From contig PFOR01000015.1 in NCBI GenBank assembly GCA_002792635.1, positions 6,744 through 70,743 of the forward strand: 64,000 nt of DNA, in the 5' to 3' direction. This document shows positions 53,886 to 62,242 of the stretch, piece after piece. Under the pieces are notes generated by a model. That model had not been told where the DNA came from, ran no database searches, and saw only the letters and a program-made list of their open reading frames with translations. The translations under genes and the position numbers were made by a program. Source of the DNA: Candidatus Pacearchaeota archaeon CG_4_10_14_0_2_um_filter_35_33. GTDB lineage: Archaea; Nanobdellota; Nanobdellia; Pacearchaeales; GW2011-AR1. Positions within the stretch are counted from its first letter, which is position 1; every line of letters begins with the position of its first letter.

Positions 53886-54406
53886 TATCCTGCTAATCCT
53901 CTTAGAAGATATCCTACTACATATGCAAGGGCTGCTGCAATGCCTCCTATTATCAATGTTTCGGTTGCGGATCTTGGAACTGACTTTTTGACAATTAATC
54001 CCTTTACCGCTCCAACAAATAAGAAGGCAAGTGCAGTTAAAATTATTGAGTACGTGAATTTGCTTGTTTCTAAAGAAGGTATGAACAATGCAAGGACAAA
54101 AGATAACAAGGGTATGAAACCGATTGTAACGAAGGCTACAAATGTTGCTACTCCTGTCTTAAAAGGGTTTTTCACTTCCTTTTTATGTTTATGATTTTTG
54201 TGCAATTCCATATGTGCCTTAGTTGAAAGATAATTTGATATTGCCATTGAAAATCCATCTGCGAAAAGATTTGCAAATCCTAAGATAAGAACGACCCCTG
54301 CTGATAACGATGCCCCTATGGCTCCTGCAACGACCGCGAATGTTGTGATGGACCCATCTATACCGCCGTATACAAACTCAGGGAGATATTTTTGTTTAAC
54401 ACCCAT
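53885..54406 (-). CDS. VIT1/CCC1-family iron/manganese transporter
   Basis: EFVYGGIDGSITTFAVVAGAIGA.. plus about 5 helices. Confidence 0.8.
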   Translation of the reverse strand: MGVKQKYLPEFVYGGIDGSITTFAVVAGAIGASLSAGVVLILGFANLFADGFSMAISNYLSTKAHMELHKNHKHKKEVKNPFKTGVATFVAFVTIGFIPLLSFVLALFIPSLETSKFTYSIILTALAFLFVGAVKGLIVKKSVPRSATETLIIGGIAAALAYVVGYLLRGLAG

Positions 54407-54489
54407 CTTTTAGATGTCAGGAATGGGAGATATATAAATCATACTAATCCCTAGCTTTAAAAAGCATCCTTAAGCTTTAAATAATAGGG

Positions 54490-56286
54490 ATGAGTAAAAT
54501 AAATATGGAAGACAAAAAAGATTCAAGAAGTTTGGCGGGACATATTTCTAATCCTTTGGAATATGATCCCAACATGAAAAAGGGGATAGAAAATCCTGAA
54601 AAGGAAATTGGAAAAATTAAAGGGAAGTTGGAAGATTTTAAGAAGAAAGTTGTTAAGAAATTTCCATTCACAATTGCCCTTGGAGTTCTTCCTGAAGATT
54701 CATATAAACTTTTTGAAGAGGATGGAGGGCTATTGCCAGAGGAAGTTAATAGAAAACCTTTACATTTGATGTTTTTAGTCCCTGAAGAAAAATTTAAGGA
54801 CATACCTAAAAAGATTAAGCCTGAAATTTTGAAACTTGTGAAAGAAAGTAAGCAAGAGTTATGGATACATATTAAGACACCTGTCGATGTTTGGAATTAC
54901 GGATTAGATTCCAAGCCTGAATTTATTGATGCAATTGGAAGAAGTATGCCTTTACATGACACAGGATTCTTGGGAATGGTGAGGCTTGCAACTATACACA
55001 AGGCACTTGTATTGAGAAAATTCGAGAAATATGTTGCAACTTATGGAATTTTTGGGAGTCTGGTTACAGGGAACGCAGGAAAAGATTCTGACGTTGATAC
55101 TGTCGTGATTATAGATGATACTGATGTTAAGAGAATGCCGAGACTCCAGTTATTGGAAAAATTAAGAGGTATTGTTTATGACTATATCAGGGAGGCGACT
55201 GCACTTGCTGGTGTAAAAAATGTGCTGAATGTGCAAGTTTATCTTTTGACAGACTTCTGGAATAATGTTAAAGATGCTAACCCGGTTATGTTCACATTTA
55301 TCAGGGATGGAGTTCCATTGTATGATAGGGGAACTTTCTTGCCTTGGAAGCTTCTTCTGAAGATGGGTAAGATAAAACCGAGTCCTGAGGCTGTAGATAT
55401 GTTCATGAAAGAGGGGGATAGGACAGAGACATTATTTAAAAGAAGATTAATGGATTCTTTTGTTGACATATTTTGGGGTGTCGTTACACCAACCCAGGCT
55501 TTATTGATGCTTACTGGAAGAGCACCTCCAGTTCCAAAAGTTCTTGCTGCAGAAGTTAAAGAAGTTCTTGTAAATAAGGAGAAAGTTATGAGTTTGAAGG
55601 ACTGGAATTTTTTAGACAAGACAATGAAGATGTGGAAAGATTATGAACATGGAAAGATGAAAGAGATATCTGGAAAGGAAGTTGACAATGTTTACAAAAA
55701 CTTTGAGAATTATATTAAGGGTTTGAAAACCATCAGAGAAAAATTAGAATTAAATTTGAGAGATCAGGAAGCTGAAAGGATTCATACTGAAGTATTCAAG
55801 TTATTAAAAAACACCTTCGGAAATAAGAGTCAAGAAATGCTAATCAAGGACTTTGAGAAAGAGCTTGTTAAGAAGGGTAGAGTTGAAAATAGATTCCTTG
55901 ATGTTTTGAAGAGAGTTGCCGAAGTTAAGAAAAAAGCAAAGGGGAAGAAGGTTACTCCAAGTGATGTCCATAGACTGAGTAGAGATGCTAGTGAATTAAT
56001 TAATGGGGTAGTTGAATATAATCAGAGAAAGGAACTTGTTGCTATTGAAAAAAGCGTTATTCAAATTAACGGAAAGAAAGGCAAGGCCGAACTTGTAGTG
56101 ACGGATTCAGGAATTTTTGTTGTTGATAAAGAGATTAGGAAAATATCAAATGGATTAGTTAAGGGTGATAAGAAGGCCTTAGAAAAAGCTATTAGTGAGA
56201 CTAAGGACAGATTAAGGATTAACTTAGATTCTAAGGTTTTTGAGATTTTGAAGAAAGAGTTTGGCCAATTTGAATTGATGATGTAA
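54490..56286 (+). CDS. Large nucleotidyltransferase-domain (Pol-beta superfamily) protein
   Basis: GIFGSLVTGNAGKDSDVDTVVIIDD (GS..D.D NTase motif). Long helical N- and C-terminal extensions. Confidence 0.7.
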   Translation: MSKINMEDKKDSRSLAGHISNPLEYDPNMKKGIENPEKEIGKIKGKLEDFKKKVVKKFPFTIALGVLPEDSYKLFEEDGGLLPEEVNRKPLHLMFLVPEEKFKDIPKKIKPEILKLVKESKQELWIHIKTPVDVWNYGLDSKPEFIDAIGRSMPLHDTGFLGMVRLATIHKALVLRKFEKYVATYGIFGSLVTGNAGKDSDVDTVVIIDDTDVKRMPRLQLLEKLRGIVYDYIREATALAGVKNVLNVQVYLLTDFWNNVKDANPVMFTFIRDGVPLYDRGTFLPWKLLLKMGKIKPSPEAVDMFMKEGDRTETLFKRRLMDSFVDIFWGVVTPTQALLMLTGRAPPVPKVLAAEVKEVLVNKEKVMSLKDWNFLDKTMKMWKDYEHGKMKEISGKEVDNVYKNFENYIKGLKTIREKLELNLRDQEAERIHTEVFKLLKNTFGNKSQEMLIKDFEKELVKKGRVENRFLDVLKRVAEVKKKAKGKKVTPSDVHRLSRDASELINGVVEYNQRKELVAIEKSVIQINGKKGKAELVVTDSGIFVVDKEIRKISNGLVKGDKKALEKAISETKDRLRINLDSKVFEILKKEFGQFELMM

Positions 56287-56317
56287 AGCTTTTAAAGCCC
56301 CTCTTCTATGGAAATTT

Positions 56318-56521
56318 ATGGTTGTAGGCAAATGTGTTAACAAAATTGCTCGGCAATATAGGGATGAAATTTACGGTTCTGATAAGAATGATTTTAGCAG
56401 AGATATACATTATCTTGCAGCGTCTTTTGCAAGATTTCATGGGCTAGAATTGGAAGATGAGAAGGCTATTGGACTAGAAACCAATAAATATGTCCAATTG
56501 GGATGCAATATTCTGCTATGA
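56318..56521 (+). CDS. Hypothetical small protein
   Basis: 67-aa ORF. It overlaps the next ORF, so the two may be one frameshifted gene. Confidence 0.3.
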   Translation: MVVGKCVNKIARQYRDEIYGSDKNDFSRDIHYLAASFARFHGLELEDEKAIGLETNKYVQLGCNILL

Positions 56522-56712
56522 CTGCGGCAGGTTTGTTTGATGAATTAAGAGAGAGGTATAATGAAGTGACTACATCTGAAGAAGAAAAAATAATCATATC
56601 TCCAAGAGAGCTTGCGAGGAAGATAAGGAATTACAAAAAAAGAGAAGAAACAATGTCTAGTTTGAGGTCGATTATGGGCTGTGTTAACGGTTCTATAAAG
56701 AACAAGGTTTAA
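56503..56712 (+). CDS. Hypothetical small protein
   Basis: 69-aa ORF. Confidence 0.3.
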   Translation: MQYSAMTAAGLFDELRERYNEVTTSEEEKIIISPRELARKIRNYKKREETMSSLRSIMGCVNGSIKNKV

Positions 56713-56736
56713 AAAGCTAAATTTTCTAGACGGAAT

Positions 56737-56991
56737 ATGAAAGGAATAGTAGTTCAATTCAGACGGGGAAGACATACAATTCATGAAAGACACTTCCTAT
56801 TAGACTTAGGATTGAAAAATAGGGAAGAAGCCAAAAAAATGAAAGGTAGGGAAGTTATCTGGAAGAGTCCTGGAAAGAAAGAGATAAGGGGAAAAATATC
56901 AGATGCTCATGGCAATAATGGTTTGGTAAGGGCTATTTTTGAAAAAGGATTGCCCGGACAGGCGATAACAATGGAGGTAGAAGTGAAATGA
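56737..56991 (+). CDS. rpl35ae: Ribosomal protein eL33 (L35Ae)
   Basis: MKGIVVQFRRGRHTIHERH..GREVIWKSPGKKEIRGKISDAHGNNGLVRAIFEKGLPGQA. Confidence 0.9.
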   Translation: MKGIVVQFRRGRHTIHERHFLLDLGLKNREEAKKMKGREVIWKSPGKKEIRGKISDAHGNNGLVRAIFEKGLPGQAITMEVEVK

Positions 56992-57281
56992 GTAGGGTAA
57001 GTCGTGGAGTTATGACCTTAAACGATGAAATAACCTCAGTTGGAGAGTTGGCGAAGGATATGAGTAATAGGATTCAACTAAGAGAACTTGATCAAAGTAA
57101 GAATTACAATTTTGTGAACACCCAGGAAAGTCCAGGTATTGATTACGCTGTGAGCACTAATGAGGCTCCAATTTCACACTTGCAAAATGTGAGAAGATTT
57201 TCACATCCTGATATTGGGGGTTTTGTTCCCGATAAAACTATTGCCCAGTATGAGGGAGGTAAAATAAAATGGCATCATTAA
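56988..57281 (+). CDS. Hypothetical protein between two r-protein genes
   Basis: 97-aa ORF that overlaps both neighbours. Confidence 0.4.
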   Translation: MSRVSRGVMTLNDEITSVGELAKDMSNRIQLRELDQSKNYNFVNTQESPGIDYAVSTNEAPISHLQNVRRFSHPDIGGFVPDKTIAQYEGGKIKWHH

Positions 57282-57805
57282 GAAAAGCATCAGCGTATTC
57301 AAAGAAGAAAGTAAGGCCTTATACCAGGAAATCTAAGATTAAGGGAAAGAGTTACATTAAGCAAGTCCCTAACAATAAGATTGTTAAGTATAATATGGGG
57401 AATATTAGGGCTTATAACGAAGGAAAATTCAAGAATATTTTGAAGCTTGTGTCTAAGGAGAAAGTCCAAATAAGAGATAATGCCTTAGAATCTTGCAGGC
57501 AATTATTGAATAAATCCCTAGAGAAAAAGATTCCTGGAAGGTATTATTTTGAAATAAAGATTTTTCCACACCATATCTTAAGGAACAACAAAACTGCTGC
57601 GGGTGCCGGAGCTGACAGGCTTTCTTCTGGTATGAAGCATAGTTTTGGAGTTATCGAGGGTCGGGCTGCAATTGTCTCTCCTGGGAAAGAAGTCTTTCTT
57701 GTTGGAGTGGATAATGAATCCGACTTAAGGGTGGCAAGGGTTGCAATGTCTACGGTGAAATCAAAGTTACCTTGTAAAACAAAGCTCACTCTTGAGAAGA
57801 AGTAG
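57269..57805 (+). CDS. rpl10e: Ribosomal protein uL16 (L10e)
   Basis: MASLRKASAYSKKKVRPYTRKSK..VKYNMGN..RNNKTAAGAGADRLSSGMKHSFG. Confidence 0.95.
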   Translation: MASLRKASAYSKKKVRPYTRKSKIKGKSYIKQVPNNKIVKYNMGNIRAYNEGKFKNILKLVSKEKVQIRDNALESCRQLLNKSLEKKIPGRYYFEIKIFPHHILRNNKTAAGAGADRLSSGMKHSFGVIEGRAAIVSPGKEVFLVGVDNESDLRVARVAMSTVKSKLPCKTKLTLEKK

Positions 57806-57982
57806 AAAATTTTAAGTAGTGATTTTATTTTTCTTCCTCAGATTCGGGACTATCTGAGTTTGTGATGTCTTTATCTTCATCAAATTCAGATTTGTATTTG
57901 ATTAGGAATCCTGCCTTACAGCTACAGAGAGTTTCAGAATCTGGCATAAAATACAAGGGAGAACCAATATATAAATTTTAAG

Positions 57983-59773
57983 ATGGTAAGAGTAATAGAA
58001 GCTAAGAGGATAAATTTCAAGGAAAACTTCAAGTTGTATTGGGGTCTTGTTAAAAAGTATAAATGGTTTCTTTTTGCAATAATCCTATTCGTCCTTATTA
58101 ATGCGGTCACTCATGTCGCGGATAAGTTTCTTTTCAAGGTTATAGTAGATAGGGGGAATGAGTTTGCTGCTGGAGAATTGTTGAGAAATTCTTTTGTAGA
58201 TATTCTTGTTGTTGTAGCTATAAGTTATCTTGCTATAATTGCTATAAGAGTTGGTTTCAAATGGGTTCAACTTAGATTTACTCACAGACTTGAAACAGAA
58301 GTCATATTTGACTTTAAAAAGAAATTCTTTGACCATATAGTGCATTTGTCTCATGGATTCCATACAACTCATAAAACGGGAAGTATGATTTCGAGAATGA
58401 CTAGGGGGGCGAGTGCGATTGAAAGGGTAACCGATTTTATAATATTCAATACACTTCCTCTTGTGTTTGAATTGATTTTGGTTGGGGCATCTCTTATCTA
58501 TTTCGACTTAGCAACCGCTGGCGTAATTGTGGTAATTGCGTTTGTATTTGTGGTATATAGTTATTACTTCCTGCAGAAGCAAAGGAAGGCGAATATAGAT
58601 TTCAATAATGCTGAAGATTTCGAGAAGGCAAATATGGGCGATATCTTTACTAATATAGATTCAATCAAGTATTTCGGAAAAGAGTCTATGATTAAAAACA
58701 AATACAAGAATCTTAGTTTAGACACTAAGAAGAAGATGTTTAATTCGTGGTGGTATAATGAATGGTTGTCTTCAGGACATACTTTAATTACGGGACTTGG
58801 TGCATTCTTCCTTGTTTTCTTCCCTATTCTTAGGGTTCTTCAGGGAGAGATTAGTATTGGAACACTTGTTTTCATATACACAGCTTATGGAAATATCTTT
58901 GGGCCCTTGTATGGATTTGTTGGAGGGTTGAGAGGATTTTATAGAAGCATGGCTGATTTTGAGTCCCTTTCACAATATTCTAAGGTTGAAAATGATATTA
59001 AAGACAAGAAAAATGCCAGAAATCTAGAAGTTAAGAAAGGAGAAATTGAATTTAGAGATGTTGAATTCAATTATGGAAAGAGGCCGTTGTTTGGGAAATT
59101 TAATTTGTCTATAAAGAAGAATGAGAAGGTTGCTCTAGTTGGGCATTCTGGTTGTGGAAAGACAACTTTGGTGAAATTGCTTTACAGATTATTCGATGTG
59201 AATTCTGGGAAGATATTGATTGATGGTAAAGATATAAGAGATTTCAAGCAAGAATCATTGAGGGGAGAGTTAAGCATTGTTCCCCAAGAAGCAATCTTAT
59301 TTGATGATACCATATATAATAATATTAGGTTTTCAAATCCTAAGGCATCAAGGAAAGATGTTCTGAGGGCTATGAAATTTGCTCAATTAGATAGGTTTGT
59401 TCAAAATTTACCTAAAAAAGAAAACACGATTGTAGGAGAGAGGGGAGTTAAATTATCTGGAGGAGAGAGGCAGAGAGTTTCTATAGCGAGGGCTTTATTG
59501 GCTAATAAAAAGATTCTTGTGTTGGATGAGGCAACATCTTCATTAGATTCGATGACAGAACATGAGATTCAAAAAGATTTGTTTAGATTGATGGAAGGCA
59601 GAACGTCTATAATCATAGCTCATCGTTTGTCTACGATAATGCAAACTGACAAAATAATTGTTATGGAGAATGGGAAGATAGTCCAGATTGGAAAGCATAA
59701 GAATTTAATTAGAAAGAGGGGACCATATAGGGTGCTTTGGGAATTGCAGAAAGGTGGTTATATAGGGGAATGA
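57983..59773 (+). CDS. ABC exporter, fused permease/ATPase (MsbA-like)
   Basis: Six-helix N-domain. Walker A GHSGCGKTT, signature LSGGERQR and Walker B ILVLDEATS. Confidence 0.9.
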   Translation: MVRVIEAKRINFKENFKLYWGLVKKYKWFLFAIILFVLINAVTHVADKFLFKVIVDRGNEFAAGELLRNSFVDILVVVAISYLAIIAIRVGFKWVQLRFTHRLETEVIFDFKKKFFDHIVHLSHGFHTTHKTGSMISRMTRGASAIERVTDFIIFNTLPLVFELILVGASLIYFDLATAGVIVVIAFVFVVYSYYFLQKQRKANIDFNNAEDFEKANMGDIFTNIDSIKYFGKESMIKNKYKNLSLDTKKKMFNSWWYNEWLSSGHTLITGLGAFFLVFFPILRVLQGEISIGTLVFIYTAYGNIFGPLYGFVGGLRGFYRSMADFESLSQYSKVENDIKDKKNARNLEVKKGEIEFRDVEFNYGKRPLFGKFNLSIKKNEKVALVGHSGCGKTTLVKLLYRLFDVNSGKILIDGKDIRDFKQESLRGELSIVPQEAILFDDTIYNNIRFSNPKASRKDVLRAMKFAQLDRFVQNLPKKENTIVGERGVKLSGGERQRVSIARALLANKKILVLDEATSSLDSMTEHEIQKDLFRLMEGRTSIIIAHRLSTIMQTDKIIVMENGKIVQIGKHKNLIRKRGPYRVLWELQKGGYIGE

Positions 59774-59807
59774 TAAAGCTAATAAACTATGGATTATTAA
59801 ATTTAGC

Positions 59808-61466
59808 ATGAGTGGGCATAAAAAAGATTATCTTTATATCGGACTTGTGATACTGGTTTTGAGTTTGATACTTATGGTTAATTCTATTCCGGGAGTTTAT
59901 CTTATTGGACCATTTTCAAAGATTAGTTTATCTCCTGGATATGATAATCCTGGACCTGGCGATGCTATTGCTGGTTTAATTTTGTTAGGAATAGGAATAC
60001 TTTTGATTGCTAAATCTAGGAAGACGAGAGGACAGGCATCAATAGAATTTTTAATGACTTATGGATGGACGATATTGGCTGTTCTTGTTGCTGTCGGAGT
60101 TCTAGCATATTTTGGGGTTTTTAGTTCGGGGTCTTTGACTAGCACCACTTCTGTTGTTTCGCCGCCATTTACTATAAGTAGCTTCGGAGTTGTTGATTCT
60201 GAAGTTGATGAAATTGTCTTTGAACTTGGTAACGGGGGAGGTTATACCTTGAGAATAACCCAATTTGAATTAATTAATCCTAGGTTGGATGGAGGTCTTT
60301 TGGAGTGTTCATCCGGATTTAATGTAGTTTATGACCCTATTGATTGCCAATCTCAGTTTGAACCTGGTTCAAAATGTCTTGTAAAACTTCAATGTAGTAG
60401 TGGAGAGATTAAGTCGGGGGATTTTTTCAACTCAGATTTTGAGGTGACTTATCAGAAGAGTGGGGGCGCTCTTGATTCTATTGCTTCAGGTTCCGTTAGT
60501 ATCATAGTACAAGGAGAAGATTCAGGAGGAAATCAGGCTCCAATCTCAGACTTTGGTTTTAGTCCTCCCAATCCAGAGGTTAATACAGAAGTTGTGTTTG
60601 ATGCATCTTCATCATATGATCCTGATGGAACAATTGTTGAATATAGGTGGGATTGGGAAAATGATGGAATAGTTGATTATACGACAACGGAAAAAACTGC
60701 TAGCCATATGTTCACAATTGTTGACACATATGAAGTTAAGCTCACTGTTGAGGATACAATTGGCCAAACGGATGATATGATTGTTCCCATACAAGTGAAT
60801 TCTTGGATATATAACAGCATGCTTTTTGGCATGAATTTTGATGATGTGAATGGAGGGAATCCTGTTGATTTGAGCGGTAATGGATTAGACGGAACTTTGT
60901 ATGGTGGGGCCTCTTTAGTTCCTGCTAAATTAGGTAATGGATTGGATTTTGATGGAAATGTTGGAACCTTTATGGGCCTTGGTAATTGGAACTCTGTTGA
61001 TTTGTCTTCTGGATATAGTATTTCTATGTGGGTTTATAGAAAGAGTGATGTGGCCGGAGCTTTGTTCAAAAAAGGTAATGGGCTTGCCAGTCATGGCAGA
61101 TATGCCCAGGTACAATTTGGAACTTCGAACAGCGGTGATATAGATTTCTATATGGGAGACGGCATAAATGTTTGCAGGGCTATTAATTATGCTACTGACT
61201 CAATTACTTCTGGGAATTGGCATCACATTGTGATTACTGTTGACAGTACTAAACAAGTAACATTATACGCTGATGAAGGTGTTGATTTAACTCAATCTTG
61301 TGGTGCTCTTACTGGAACTTATACTGATGAAAATGCAGCATTTTCTGGAGTGTTGAAAAATGATGGAGGTTATCTAAGTTTTGACGTGACCATAGATGAA
61401 TTTTATATTTTTGACAAGGTTTTAACAACTGATGAAATACATAAATTGTTCACCTTAGATTATTAG
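59808..61466 (+). CDS. Surface protein with class III (type IV pilin-like) signal, PKD domain and LamG/ConA-like domain
   Basis: KSRKTRGQASIEFLMTYGWTILAVLVAVG has the archaeal prepilin-like G|Q..E5 pattern. The PKD domain contains ..VVFDASSSYDPDGTIVEYRWDW..KLTVEDTIGQTD. The LamG-like part contains ..WHHIVITVD..IDEFYIFDKVLTTDEI. Confidence 0.7.
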   Translation: MSGHKKDYLYIGLVILVLSLILMVNSIPGVYLIGPFSKISLSPGYDNPGPGDAIAGLILLGIGILLIAKSRKTRGQASIEFLMTYGWTILAVLVAVGVLAYFGVFSSGSLTSTTSVVSPPFTISSFGVVDSEVDEIVFELGNGGGYTLRITQFELINPRLDGGLLECSSGFNVVYDPIDCQSQFEPGSKCLVKLQCSSGEIKSGDFFNSDFEVTYQKSGGALDSIASGSVSIIVQGEDSGGNQAPISDFGFSPPNPEVNTEVVFDASSSYDPDGTIVEYRWDWENDGIVDYTTTEKTASHMFTIVDTYEVKLTVEDTIGQTDDMIVPIQVNSWIYNSMLFGMNFDDVNGGNPVDLSGNGLDGTLYGGASLVPAKLGNGLDFDGNVGTFMGLGNWNSVDLSSGYSISMWVYRKSDVAGALFKKGNGLASHGRYAQVQFGTSNSGDIDFYMGDGINVCRAINYATDSITSGNWHHIVITVDSTKQVTLYADEGVDLTQSCGALTGTYTDENAAFSGVLKNDGGYLSFDVTIDEFYIFDKVLTTDEIHKLFTLDY

Positions 61467-61500
61467 AAAAGCTAATAAACTTAAAATTCTTGGATAAGGT

Positions 61501-61710
61501 ATGAAGAAAGGATTGAAAATTGCGGGAGTTGTATTCTTGTTCTTTGGATTTGCAGTATTATTGAATTCGGGATTATTCTTAACCGGATTGGTTGTTACAG
61601 AGAGCATGGATACGGCATTAAACGACTTGAACAGGATTTTTGGTTATGTTGGAGCAATATTAGTTTTGGTTGGGGGGGCCCTGATAGTGTTGGCCAACCA
61701 GTACCAATGA
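61501..61710 (+). CDS. Small two-helix membrane protein
   Basis: 69 aa containing ..LFLTGLVVTES.. Confidence 0.5.
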   Translation: MKKGLKIAGVVFLFFGFAVLLNSGLFLTGLVVTESMDTALNDLNRIFGYVGAILVLVGGALIVLANQYQ

Positions 61711-61895
61711 AATTAGTGAGACAGATTGCAGCCGTACTTTTTTTCATAGCAGGAGTTATGTTTCTTGTGGGAAGTTATGGAATTACAGGATTTGTTATTG
61801 GAGGGGATGTTGTTGGAACAATATCACCATTGTTAGGAATAGGCTTATTGGTTGAGGGTGTTTTGACAGCTACTTGGACAAATATGGGTGACTAG
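61707..61895 (+). CDS. Small two-helix membrane protein (paralog-like of 61501..61710)
   Basis: 62 aa containing ..YGITGFVIGGD... ATGA overlap with the upstream gene. Confidence 0.5.
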   Translation: MKLVRQIAAVLFFIAGVMFLVGSYGITGFVIGGDVVGTISPLLGIGLLVEGVLTATWTNMGD

Positions 61896-61934
61896 TAGGC
61901 AAATCTTATTAAAGCCAACATTTCTGGGATTTGG

Positions 61935-62210
61935 ATGATAGTTAAGGTATTGGGTGCAATAGATTTGATTGCTGGATTTACGTTTTTAATAATGATATTT
62001 GGTTTTGAGCCTTTTCTGCCTTTAATTTTATTTTCTGCAGGATTGCTATTCATGAAGGGATTATTTGCTCTTACTGGGGATATATTGAGTTTTTTAGATT
62101 TATTATCTAGCTTTACCTTAATATTGAGTATATTTCTTGGATTACCAATGTTTTGGATTTGGACTCTGGCTTTCTTGCTTTTTGCGAAAGCTATGGTTAG
62201 TTTCGTATAA
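61935..62210 (+). CDS. Small three-helix membrane protein
   Basis: 91-aa ORF. Confidence 0.5.
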   Translation: MIVKVLGAIDLIAGFTFLIMIFGFEPFLPLILFSAGLLFMKGLFALTGDILSFLDLLSSFTLILSIFLGLPMFWIWTLAFLLFAKAMVSFV

Positions 62211-62242
62211 ATCTTTATTAACTCTGACTTTTTTAATATGGG

